DNA of 64,000 bases from Azolla caroliniana (Eukaryota > Plantae > Polypodiophyta). The stretch spans positions 21,514,001-21,578,000 of the forward strand of contig JBHGNT010000010.1 in NCBI GenBank assembly GCA_043228905.1. The letters run 5' to 3'. Positions 12,501 to 28,532 of the stretch are shown here, piece after piece (within the stretch, counting starts at the first letter, position 1; the number at the start of each line of letters is the position of its first letter). The translations under genes were made by a program, and so were the position numbers. The notes under the pieces were generated by a model, which worked only from the letters and a program-made list of their open reading frames with translations, did not search any database and was not told where the DNA came from.

Positions 12501-15500
12501 ACACCTTACAATTACTCAAGTAGGTTCACACTATTCTAAGTATGTTCACACCTTACAGTTACTTATTAGGTTCACATTATTGTAACTATGTTTACATGAA
12601 AGCTTTCATAGGATACACATTAAGTGTAACAGTTTTTTGGGTGTTTAGGTACCAGGGGCGAACATTGGCAAAGGAATTAGCAGATGCTAAATTACGAACA
12701 ACTCTTATCCCTGATTCAGCTATTTTTTCTTTGATATCTCGAGTAAACATGGTCAGATACCATTTCTGTTGATATTATTTTTGTTTATAGAAAAGTCAGA
12801 AGAAAGACAATTTGAAGTAGTTAGAAAATTTCATTGTACAATTCTGGAAGTTTTAAACCCAATAAGTACTTATCCTAAGTTTTCCTAACAAAAGTTAAGG
12901 GTTACAATAGGAGGATGATCTCTTGAATAGATCAATGTATTAAGACAAAATGTAGAAAATCAATGTAATGCATCTCATCATTCTTTGTAAAAGCTTTATT
13001 CTAGGTTCATTTTAACCGGCTGATGTCTGTAAGTGCCTTGCAAGGCTGTTAGATCATAGAAACTATAGCATTTAATTTACAGTAAAAATGCTATGTAGTT
13101 TATATGAAATTGGCTGAACATGTAAATAATGAAACTTAATATTTGAAGCATGGATTCAGGTTATTGTGGGTGCTCATGCTGTGATGTCAAACGGGGGAGT
13201 TATGGTCCCTGTTGGGTTACACATGGTTGCACTTGCTGCTCGTCGTCATGCAGTTCCTTTTGTGGTGCTAGCTGGTCTGCACAAGGTATGTTACTACTAG
13301 AATTTTCAGTCTTCTTGCTTTTGAAGTTTGTTTCTTGGTACTAAAGATGGAAATGCATATTTGATTTTTCTTGTTAAACATCATGACATCATCACCTGAG
13401 TAATTCACAAGAAGTATGATGGCTTATTAGATGGGCTTGACAAATTCAATGCCATACGCAAATGTCTACCAAGATGGGTGAGCACTTATGTGCATGTATT
13501 ACTTTCACGTAAAGAGTTTTATTGACACTATATAGAGTATATAGATACATTACAAGAGTCAAGAATATGCCAAATCACAGATTACCACATTTTGCTTGGA
13601 ATGTTGGATGTAAACTACAAAAGAATCACAAGAGCAAAATTCTCTCATTTGGTTGTGTCATTGACATCAAAAAATGATTCAAATGGTGCTGTGTGGAAGA
13701 TCTCTAGAGCTTTCAAGTGATGCTATGAAATATGTAGTCATTGAGGAAATGCTAAAGGAACCACCACCAAGGAACAAGTAGGAAGATGCTAGGACAAAAT
13801 TAGAATCTTAAATTTGTATCATGTGCTAAGCTATATAGCAAATCATTAATCAGTGCTTGAGCTGAAGTTGTATTCCAAGTCAGTGTTATAATTGAATCTG
13901 TTCATCTCAAGAAGTGTGAGGCTTATTCTGGGGGACATCTCAATGCCTTTCTATGGTGTCTATGACTTTATTTGCAGACTCTTGATGATTCTCTCTTGGC
14001 AAGCATAGAGGCACTGTCCAAACATGTATGCTTAATTATAGAACTTGATATATTGTTTTCTGCAAAGCTCTGGTAGGATCATTTGTATTTCTCTGAGTCT
14101 GAAGCTCTGGTAGAGCAATAGTATTTGATGCACGAGGGGTTCGAATTCTGTTTCATGGATCTGGAGGGAAGTGTTTCATCAAGTTCATGGAATGAAATAA
14201 AGAAAATAGAAAAGAAATTTCTATGTTATCACTTAGGGGTTCAGAGTACAACTCCGTACTCCGTAATGCTTCTAGAAACTGGAAGGCCAATTGATTTTTA
14301 TGCCCTTCAAAGTGTTCAAATGTTTGATATTAAAAATATGGATGGAAAAGCAAATTTCTTTCATTTATCCTGGTCCAAGACAGCAGGAAATGGTTTGCAA
14401 GATGGCGAGGGACAAGTGAACATGATTACAGTGTTTTACTCAGCCACATTGTAAACCCTTCACATGTAAGGGGACTGCCTAAAACAAATCTCTCCCCCAT
14501 AAGATATTTATTCAGAACAAATTATGGTCAGTACTGTGCGGCTGACACTACCAAGGCTGCTCAGTTTGATTTGAGCCTTGTAGTTGGAGCAAATTATTCT
14601 TCGCAGTCTGCACCGTGCCTTTTCACATACCCTTTTGCTATGATCTTTGCCCTGTATTTATACCCAAACGTGGGATCTATTCATCATTCATAAACACTTT
14701 ACATACTTGATGGTGGGCGTACTTTGCACCTTCCTGAAAACAAATAACCAACTATGTTTTTGGCTGGCTTTGATTGGGCTTTCAATACTTATTTATCTTC
14801 TATTTCTGACTAATTGCATTTGTCCTTTTGGATAGCTGGCATACCGATGAGACAGCTTCATTGAGGAGCACAGATTTACAAAATTCCTTGATGTAAACTT
14901 CGTTTTTCATTTCAGCTTTTAGTTTTCTTGTTTTCCCACTATTTTACAATATTCCCTATGCAATTCAGGACAGGAATTCATAATAATAGTTGGTTTTGTG
15001 GTTAATGTTGGCCATCTGTGGATGTTAACATATCATCATCTCTCTTAGTGTCTGTGTACAAGGGTGCAGCTACCCAAGGGTATGCATGTAGAAGGGTGGA
15101 GGAACATTTGGGCAATGCCTCCATGCTCCCTCTTCTCTCGTTCTCTCTTTGTTGTCGGTCATGTTGAGGCCCCATGGATATTATGAGAATTTAGTACAGA
15201 TCATCTCTCTCTATACGCATTCTTGACAAAAACATATCAAGTATCAAAAGAATATTGTGAATCTTATCTTATATTCACAATATGCAGCAATTATTACATC
15301 CTTATTGGAATGGCTTTAAATCCTTACCTCATGCTGTACCTCATAGCTACTCACTACTGCACCATTACTAAGTTGCTCGTCAACCTGGGATGACTTCAGC
15401 CTCTTTTGTTTGCACTTGTTTCTCTTTGCTGTTCTTGCTTTTTCTGGGACTTGTACAAGACTCAAATGATGTGAACAGCACATCTGTGGATGGCATGCAC

Positions 15501-17139
15501 TCACTTTCCAGCATTCTTGTTATGTTCTGTTGGTTTTCCACTATGGCATGCAGGTCCTTTGGCACCTTGAGTTGAATAATCTCAAACAAATGATATTGCA
15601 GTGCAAATGTGACCAATGATATCTGATACCATAGGAGTTGAATGTCCATGTAGCTCACTCATATTACTGCAACTGTCCAAACTCACTATAATCTGTATGT
15701 CTCTGGTGACTCATGTGAATCTCCATAATCTGTATGCATTTCATTGACACCAAAACATGGGGGAAGTTACTCTAGTCACCCACTTGGGCCTCTGAGGACT
15801 CCATGGTTGAGTTGGAATGGTTTGGATCTTGTTATTTGGTCTAGTTTCTCTGAACCTCGATCACATATACTCTGATTCCATGTTGGAATGACTGTCATGG
15901 CGGGAAAAGGAGATAAGGTGGAACCTCATGATTATAAATGTGTCCTCTGCTTGCCTGTCTGTTGGAGACTCTCCTCTCCCTATGATCAGCTCACTGATTG
16001 GGCAAATCCATTACTGAGTCGAGTGGTATTTCTGTTTTTTCTGGGGAGGTTGGACCTGTTGAGAACAGGTCATCAGTCAGAGGTTGGGACTGGTCAATGC
16101 CTGTTGTGCAGTCGAGACCTGAACAAGATGATGATGGTTCTTCCTCTTCCATCTCATCCCTCTATCCTTGAGCACATAACCATCCTCTCATCATGACACA
16201 GATGATGCTGTTGAGAACACATAATTGGTCAGAGCTGCTCATTCCATTATTGGAGTGAAACAGGATGCCCGTCTCACCGACACTCTTTGGTTATATTGAG
16301 ATCTCTGAGTATATTGAGAGGACATAAAGGTGTTCAGTTGGGCCAATCCTTCATTGTGATTAATTTTGTACATCGTATCCTCGAGATTACTTGTATCCAT
16401 GGCTCCTATAACATTCCACATTGATCACAGCCTACTTACATATAGAACCTATTAAGATTTCCGTACAGTTAAGGTGCAAGCTATGATGATTTCTTTTCAT
16501 TTCTCTATATGTAAGCATGGAGTTCCCAATTAGGGCATGCATTCAATGTTTCGATTCTCTCTCTCTCTCTCTCTCTCTCTCTTTCATGTTGGTGTTAAGC
16601 TGAACAAAATTTATGTGTGATTGCAGCTGTGTCCTCAATACCCACATGATCCGTACATACTCTTGAATGACATGAAGTCTCCAGCAGAGATTCTAGATTT
16701 CGGAGACATATCTGATTGTTTAGATGGTGGACCCAGCTTGCATACAGTGAATCCGACTTTTGATTATGTTCCACCAGACCTCGTCAGCCTGTTTATAACA
16801 GATATGTGAGTTCTTTTATGAATAAGGGCTTTCTATTCACACACAATCAGCAATGCATTAATTTCACCTGAATGTCACACTAATTTATGTCTTCTCTAAA
16901 AATGCATAATTTTCATACATACATCACCTGTATGATCCATAATGATTATAGAGTTTTCCTGTTCTCATCCTGGTATGCATGCATTATTATATGGCACATA
17001 TATGCATTGAGTACCACCTATGGTTTGATGTTACATTCATACTGATTTGATGTCCTACTGCAGTGGTGGGCACAATCCGTCTTATGTTTATAGACTTGTT
17101 GCAGAGTACTACAGTCCAGAGGATTTTATTCTTCAATGA
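3526..17139 (+). CDS. EIF2B2: Translation initiation factor eIF2B subunit beta; 9 coding exons: 3526-3578, 4663-4817, 6777-7055, 7145-7274, 7368-7472, 12649-12751, 13160-13285, 16627-16805, 17064-17139
   Basis: GT-AG splicing gives a continuous frame: [23 protein letters not shown]...[23 protein letters not shown]...[14 protein letters not shown]...[12 protein letters not shown]...[13 protein letters not shown]...[17 protein letters not shown]...[43 protein letters not shown], matching plant eIF2B-beta. Confidence 0.93.
7555..12631 (-). mobile_element. Full-length but decayed Ty1/Copia LTR retrotransposon in intron 5 of eIF2B-beta
   Basis: LTRs TG..CA at 7555-7867 and 12316-12631; 5-bp TSD GTTTT (7550-7554 / 12632-12636); PBS TGGTATCA (rc at 12306-12313); PPT rc at 7868-7875. 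Fragments of integrase (LVHSDVCGP), RT (LYVDDL) and RNase H ([15 protein letters not shown]) with many stops. Confidence 0.92.
10214..10525. mobile_element. hAT-like MITE nested in the intronic Copia
   Basis: 8-bp direct repeat TAAGCCGT at 10206-10213 and 10526-10533; many AAACCG/CGGTTT subterminal motifs. Removing it restores the Copia frame [11 protein letters not shown]. TIRs are poorly matched. Confidence 0.7.
14165..14345 (+). mobile_element. RTE-type LINE remnant in eIF2B-beta intron 7
   Basis: Peptide [35 protein letters not shown] resembles the post-RT region of RTE LINEs. Confidence 0.5.
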
Positions 17140-17585
17140 GCATCGAATCTTAATAGACATAGATAGATGTTCCAGCCCCTATTTTTGCAAATTGAGTAGA
17201 GTTTATTTGCCATTAGGGGTGCTCAAATTTTGTTCGTTATAATTTTCTCTCTGGCAGGGTATATTTTTGTAGCTATATTTTGTTCTGTAAGAGCTCCTAC
17301 TTTGTAGTGTTCACTTTAGAATGTCCAGTTGTTGATATTCACACTTCAGAAAGGAGAATGGTGAGAGATTGCGGGATGTATGCTAGAGAGATGACAATGC
17401 TAACTTCATATAATGTCAACTTCCAAGTTAATATTAATTTTCTTCTCTGTGCCACTGGTTTGTAAGTAAATTTACTCTAGCATCAATTATATGCGTTCAT
17501 TCAAATCTTTGAAATATTTTTTCCAAAAGTGGATATTTTTTCAAGTTTAAACGGAGAAAGATACCTTCCTGTGAAAGAATTGAGG

Positions 17586-17770
17586 AATTCTTAGTTTCTG
17601 TGGATTGATGATGTTATGTAGACGTCGAAATTTATATGATGAAAACCATCGTGGTTATTATAACTGTATTTGATGTCAAAATTCTTAGTTTCTGTGTATT
17701 GATGATGTTATGTAGACGTCGAAATTTATATGATGAAAACCATCGTGGTTTTTATAGCTGTATTTGATGT
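17586..17770. repeat. Tandem duplication, ~94-bp unit x2
   Basis: AATTCTTAGTTTCTGTG..ATGTAGACGTCGAAATTT..CTGTATTTGATGT repeated with few mismatches. Confidence 0.9.
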
Positions 17771-18818
17771 TAACAATGCTAGTCACTCTATGTGCACTCT
17801 CATAGGCATACTATGGAAATTCATGACAATGTTTGATATGGTGATCTATTGGAAGGCATTGTAGTTGCATGCATCTCCAACATTTTATGTGCATCAATTA
17901 CGGTTATGCCAATCTAAGGTTCCCATGGTGTCTAGTATGATGCACAGACACAAACAAAATTGTACTCCAAGTGGCAAAGGAATCAATCATAGGGTGATAT
18001 GCACTGTTACCCGGATGTGAAGGCAAAGTTGTTTTACATGTTAAATGTTAAAGAACATACTGAGGCTTTTTTACCAATAAAAACTCACATTGGTTTGCAA
18101 ATCAATGGAATGAGTGAACGTATGATTACCAACCCTAGAGAGAGTTGAATAAAACCCACTCACTCTAGGAGTAGAATGGCGACATGGAAAAGGTGCATGT
18201 GAATTTGTTTGTAAAGGATTTTGAACAAGCAATATATTATGTGTGAACATGGTTTCTTGCCAACACAACTTTATATCACTCTTCTACAACTTTCATGAAA
18301 CATGGCAGTGAGTGTTGGTGTGAAAGGAGTGATGAAAGACAAGGGCCAATGTAGGAATAATGTATGCACTAGATGGAGAAGAGCCAACCATGCATGATGA
18401 CAGAAAATTATAAGCTTGCAACGAGAAGAAACAAACCACAACAACAACACGAAGAAAGCAGCTTATAGAAGGCTCCTATACAACCCCAAAAAGTGTTTGT
18501 CTCTCATTCTTGATTTTCCTAGTTCAAGTACTAGGAACTGAAACTCGGGTTGCCCGCACCTAGATACGGATTGAACTGTCTCAGGACATAGTGGATGCAG
18601 CTCAAGTACCCATTGCGATGTAGTACCGCTTCACAACCAAAACCGAGGTGCACGGCTGAATGGATAAAGCACCTGCCTCATAATGGGCGATTTCACAGGC
18701 TTAGCTCAACTCCTGTTGAATGCAGACAGATAAATGGAAAGGAAGATTAGTAGATATAAATTTTTTTATTAGTGCAGTATACAGGTGTGAAACGGAAGCA
18801 ACAGACTCTCTGTCTCTG

Positions 18819-18851
<33 letters not shown>

Positions 18852-18950
18852 TTCAGAAGAATCGAGAGAAGCAGAGGAAACAGACGACGACAACTACGAC
18901 GAAGAAGAAACTGAAGGAACTAACAGGAAGCAGAAGAACAAGAAGAAGCG

Positions 18951-22631
<3,681 letters not shown>

Positions 22632-22985
22632 AAACCAACTAATTTGATTTGAGCATACAACATTTCATGTGGAGGGAGAAATTGATGTTAATCGTGCTTT
22701 GTGATGATTTTGGATAATCTGCATTCTAGATTCTTGCACTAATTGCCGATTGTATCATCTCAAATATGTGGTGATGGTTTTTCCATCTTTATTTCAAAAT
22801 TTAAGTAAGGATAAAGTAACATCAGAATCAATGCATTTGCCATCTTTGCTTTGAAGCATTTTAATTGGCAACTTAAAGGTTCTTAAATTATCTTTTAGGC
22901 CAGAACTATTCTTTAAACTTTGGACAGATCACAATTAGATAGGAAATTGATCTCAAATTCTAGCCTTACATTATTGTTAAAGAAT

Positions 22986-23505
22986 TGTCTCCAAATATTA
23001 TCCAAACCCTAGGTACCATGCTAGGCATAGTTGTCTTCTAGAAACTAGCTAATGAGATTTGAACATGCAACTTTTCATGTGGTACGAGAAATTTGAGTTA
23101 ATCATGCTTTGTGATGTTTTGGATAATCTGCATTCTAGATTCTTGCGCTAGTGACAGATTGTGTCAATTCAAGTATGTGGTGACGGTTTTCCCTATCTTT
23201 ATTTTTAATTTCAACCAAGAGTCAACTAGCAGCCGAATTAACTTATTTGGCATCTTTGCTCTGGGTCATTTTGGTTGGCAAAATTAAAGGTCTTACATTT
23301 TCTTCTCTTTTCTTTTATTATTATTGTTTTTTTAAAGTTCTTAAATTATTCTTTAGGCATTAACTATTCTGTAATTTAGCAGCATAATCAATGCATTTGG
23401 CATCCTTTGCTTTGGGTCATTTAAATTGCCAAACTTTAGGTCTTAAATTATTCTTTAGGCATGAAGTGTAAACTTAGGACAAATCACAATTAAATAGCAA
23501 ATTGT
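22986..23505 (+). pseudogene. Diverged tandem copy of the RPN11 C-terminal codons and 3' UTR
   Basis: 22986-23041 encodes SPNIIQTLGTMLGIVVF* versus [17 protein letters not shown] in the gene; the downstream sequence aligns with 22632-22950. Confidence 0.85.
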
Positions 23506-24872
23506 TATTAATGAGTACTTAATTCACTTAAATGAATGTCATTTCTATTACCATATCATTAAATGACCAAAAATAACACACTAATTTTTAAGTAAGAATT
23601 TCTTGATGGGATGTTCTTGCCTGTAGGTGCTTTAGCATGCTACCATATAGGAATGACAATATATTTCATGTACCATTGAAGAATCTGTCTCAAAATCCCA
23701 TGCTGAGGCGTATTAACACAGTAATTGTCCATGTTAAAGTGAAGTTGACACAATAGGAGCTAGGGGTTTAGGGTTGCAGACCATATCGGCCATCATCCTA
23801 TGTGACACTGTTTTGTTGTGGTTCGATCACATGTTTCCCTATTGATTGTAGTTTTCTACATTCTGTTGAGAGAGATTGATTGTAATTTACAACATTCTGT
23901 TGAGAGGGTACCATTGGAGTAAGGAACTTGGATCTTGTTCTGATGGTTTATGTGGAGTAGAGTACAGGTAGATATGATATGTTCTATATCATACGGTTTG
24001 ATTGTGGATGATGCCATGCACTCAGCACACGATCACTGACAGTTACATCAAATTGTTTTCGTACAATACAATATAATTATAATGTAGTTTTCGAACACCT
24101 CATAATGTATAGATTCCTATAAGATTTTTAGCTTCGCTTGAATACATGGGATTGGTGATTTTCAGCCTAGCTTGCCACTGTTGGGGAAATTGTTTTGGAA
24201 CGATTCCAATTTCAATCACTATATGTAATGTAGTTTTAGAACATCTCATAAGGTTTGGATTCCTATAAGATCCTCGGCTCCACTTGGAACACGTGGGATT
24301 GGTGATATTGTGTGTGCTCACTTGGGTTTGGGGCTGTTACATGAAATTGGTACAATTCCAATTACCATTAACACTAGCAAAACAGAGATGTAAGGCATAT
24401 CATATACCAGCAAATGTTTATCCATTACTACCAAGAATAAATAACAAACAAGACCGCCTGCAAAAACATACTGTAATTGTTTAAGAATGATGAACTCTGG
24501 ATTCCCTTTAACTGTACACTATATATTAGATAAAGATACCACAATATCCATCTCTGATTTCACCCTACCTCTGATAAAATATAGTACGACTACAACAATC
24601 ACAATAATAATAAAGATCTGTTATTGGTTTGGATCCAGAAACCGTTCAATAGTAGGTATCTAATAACCAGCCAGCTGCTCTCCCATTGTTTGGGCACAAA
24701 ACCTCTTGTGAACTACACACAGAATCAGGCAGAAGAAGGTTTGAAAGGAAGAGGCATATATGTATGTCCATTGGCATCATCATATATATTGATTCTCTCA
24801 TGACACCTAAATTGACATCATATATATTCTTGGTCTTTGTCTCTTTTGCTGTCACCGTCTCTTACTTCCTTC

Positions 24873-27800
24873 TCAAGAGACACTTGTTGTGGTAACCATA
24901 TCCATGGATGGAGGATTAAGCAACGCCACCGAGCTGTACTTTGGCAGTGAATATTTCCTGTGCACTACTGTCACGCTCCCTTCCCCAGCTTTCTTATGTA
25001 AAGAAACCATGAAGCTCACACACTCTCTAAACACAACAAACAAAGACAATTTCATCATTATTAGATACAACATTTATTCTTGGTTTAGTTATTTGGTCAT
25101 ATATACATTGTGGCATATAAAGAGCAATGCACGTTTTAGATATACTGCTTGTTTAGTGAGCTAGTTGATCAATGGGAACCCATACTTTAGTATGATTTCT
25201 TGGTAATAATGGCATGATAATTTGATTATTTTGCTACGAAGTGACATTACAGATATGAACCATCAATGCTGTGCCTATCTATACATGCAAACAATTATGT
25301 ATGTGAAAGAGGGGAACTGATTTCATACATTAGTTCTGAGTCTTCATAGCCTGAATGCCGCCTAAGTGTAGCATTCCATCTGGCTTCACCACCGGGTTTG
25401 ATTGTGCACTTAGCTAGATACACTGCTGAGGCAGCAAGCATGGATGATGAAAACTTCACAACCCCATAATCAACCAAGCACAGTTCCACAAAATAGAAAG
25501 CCAGCATGCTCATCTGGGATGAATCACATTAATATCTATTATAAAAGCACAATTGCGAAAGTATCAAGCCGTATGATGAATCTATATGTATGCCAGAATC
25601 ATACCTTCTGGTCAGAAGAAGCTGCTTTGAGAAACCTAACCAAGAATACATAGGGTGTCGGAATGCATAGATTGAACTTCAGAGTATTAAGCATAAGTTT
25701 CTCCTGGGTAGCATACAATCAAAAGAAATTATGTTGAAATAAAAGAAGGAAAAACGTTTTTACCTGAACAGACTCAAAAAACGCTTTCACTCACCATGTC
25801 TAGAATCTCTCGTCTTTCATATGCATTGTCTGCTATGATGACGAAGTCCTTAATCTAAAGATACAATCAGAAAGAGTTAAAAGTTTCAATAAACATATAT
25901 CGCTTGACTATTTATATCCCGAAAACACACCTCAGGTGCCCAGATTTCTTCATATTTTGAGGCCACGAGCATTGCAGTCATCCCAACCAGTTGCAAGTTT
26001 TTCTTTTCGACAGGTTGTATAGCCAAGTAACGATCAATCAGATTCGTGGTTAGGAAGAGTGTCTCAGGCATGAGCTTGAACTTGTAATGCACCTGTACCC
26101 ATATATACCAGAGAAAACTTTAATACTATGGTTATGCCATGAGTTTTTTTATGAAAGTTTGGAGATCAATAGTTACAATTCATTCTCCACAGCACACAGA
26201 CAACCGTGATGATGAATAAAAAAACCAGCACCTCAATGAGCCAATCAATCAGGACAGCTCTCATCTTTTCATTGATTTGAACTTGCTTGGTCATGTAATT
26301 GTTAGGTACACAACTATGCACCTGCTATAGAAATAAATAAGCATAACATTAATTTTTCTAGACACGTGATAAAGGAGTCTCTATCTCATTTCCTTAATAG
26401 ATCATCTTGCTACCTCCGTCCTTCGATAAAAGCTGTAGATATCTTCTATGTAATCCACGACTGCAAGCTGATTATTCATATCAGCTGCATCAATGTTTGC
26501 GACTGGCTCTTCAAGGACCTCTGGCTTGAATCCACCACAGACAGCCTAGATAGAAACCACATATAAGGTTTCCTTGGCTCATATATTAGGATTCTGGGAA
26601 GTAACGAGAAGCAAGGACCTTCTTCTTACCTCACTTCTGGCAGTAAGTGTAGCTGTAAGGGTCCTTCCTTTCCTTCCTGCTACAGCAACACGACCATTTT
26701 TGCCATTAATCAATGCTTTTTCACGTGCTAAACAGGCATCCTTTGATACCAATTGTTTTGAGTCTGCAATGGTATCTGTTGGAGCTTTTTCTGATGCATC
26801 CTTATCTTTGTTATTGTTATGGGCTTGTCCAACAACGCTCCTGAAATCCCAACCAAAAGAGTTTAGTGTCTATAGTATTCATGGTAGCCCGATAGTATTC
26901 ATGCTACAATTTGAAGAATTAGAAACTCAAACCAAACTGTTCATTCAAAAGTTCATGTTACTCTAGAGTTCCATCCATGATGAATAGATAGAAAGATGAG
27001 CACCTGTAAGCAGGCTTGTCTACAGCAAGCATAGACACCTTTTTTTCCAGATTCTGGAGTCTGCATTGACGAAGATATGTAAGAACCACAAAATTTGTAC
27101 AGATGAAGATCACTCTTACTCATACATAGATCTTCCACATACTCTGCCTGTCCATCCTTGGCTCCCACAACATTTCCTATATCACCCAGAGCTCTGCGCA
27201 CAGCATTTGCTTTGCCTTGTCCTACAGTCAATAAGAAATTCAGATAGTGAAGAAATCATTTTTTATGTACCTAAAGTATGTCAACAAATCATTGAAGGCG
27301 TTTAATAGAGACATATATAAATGCATACCTTTCATCACTTTGAGTTCCCCCTTCTTATTTTCATCCTGATGAGCAGTTGTTGGCTGCTGAAAATTTTCCA
27401 TCAGTGAACACATTTTCATTTCATGCAAAAGAAAAAGATCGCTGAATTTGAAAGGAAATGGTGTTATAACCACAAAGAATGCAAAAACTTATTGATGTGC
27501 TAGTCGGTCGAATCCATCCGCTTATGATATACAGAAACGATCAAGCCATGATATACTTCGAAAAGATTAACAGAACAGTAGACACCAGACGCTACCATGT
27601 GATGGGATATCATTTCACTACTAGGAGCCATATGTTGTCCTCTCCACAAAAATCGCACAGATCAATGGATAGAACTGAGATCCATTTGAAGTCAGAAACA
27701 ACTAGAAGTGCGAAGCTCTCTTAAAATAAGTCTGACTTTCATTCGCAAGAAATTATATGTCCTTAATATTTACCCAAATGAAAATGTCTTTCTGGTTTGG

Positions 27801-27956
27801 AAGGAATTCACTCACACTCAGAGTCAATTTGTTGTTAATGTAACGACATGTAGAGACGAAACTTTTCCGGTAAGACTGTCTTGGTAGATATACACGTAAA
27901 AGCTATACAAAACAAGAGAAGATATATTTGCAACTCACCCTAGCTTCATTCATCAT
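24873..27956 (-). CDS. CYCB: B-type mitotic cyclin; exons (5'->3') 27956-27939, 27386-27329, 27221-27143, 27060-27004, 26840-26630, 26545-26414, 26321-26232, 26092-25931, 25854-25795, 25703-25605, 25513-25329, 25026-24873
   Basis: D-box RRALGDIGN; [11 protein letters not shown]; [16 protein letters not shown]; cyclin box [39 protein letters not shown]; [14 protein letters not shown]. The first two small exons are less certain. Confidence 0.92.
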
Positions 27957-28306
27957 GATGAGCGACGAGCAGAAATCTCGTTTGATCGCTGGAAGCCTTA
28001 GCAGAAGATGTACAACGATGCTAGGATTACTGTAACCAGAGCAAGATCTGAGCAAGGAAATGCAGAAGAAACTTGATTGACGCCTTGGTGATGGGAGGAA
28101 GAAAGGACGAACTTAGAGATGAAGGAAGAAAAGAAAGAAAGGATGGAAGAGAGGAAGAAAGAAAGCCAAAAGGGAGGGAAGAATATGTTGGTGACAGAGG
28201 GAAGCGCTTTAGCGGTGTGGACTGATGACTTGATTGATCAATTTACCTGCGTTTGAGTACTCAGTTTCTGTGAGAAAGGCTTGATGGAAGAAGGAGGAGG
28301 AGGAGA

Positions 28307-28344
<38 letters not shown>

Positions 28345-28357
28345 GTATTATTTTCAG

Positions 28358-28400
28358 ATTAACGGTCACCTTCCCTCTCCCCCTCCCCCCCAAAACAAAA

Positions 28401-28438
<38 letters not shown>

Positions 28439-28532
28439 TTTCTGTGTCTTAGTCTCCACTACATTTTCTGTGTGTGTAAACCTAAAATTAGTTGAAACCT
28501 GCATATTTTCTCTGTATTTGTTGCTCGAACGG
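28358..28532. promoter_or_regulatory. Putative MSA (M-specific activator) elements upstream of the cyclin
   Basis: AACGG cores at 28361-28365 (context TTAACGGTCA) and 28528-28532. MSA/MYB3R control is established for plant CYCB promoters. Confidence 0.5.

Noticed and set aside
18647-18718. tRNA-like string upstream of RPN11 (GGCTGAATGGATAAAGC..CTCATAA..ACAGG/CCTGT)
   Set aside because: No TTCRA T-loop, and the anticodon and acceptor stems do not pair; at most a decayed tRNA/SINE relic, not a tRNA gene.
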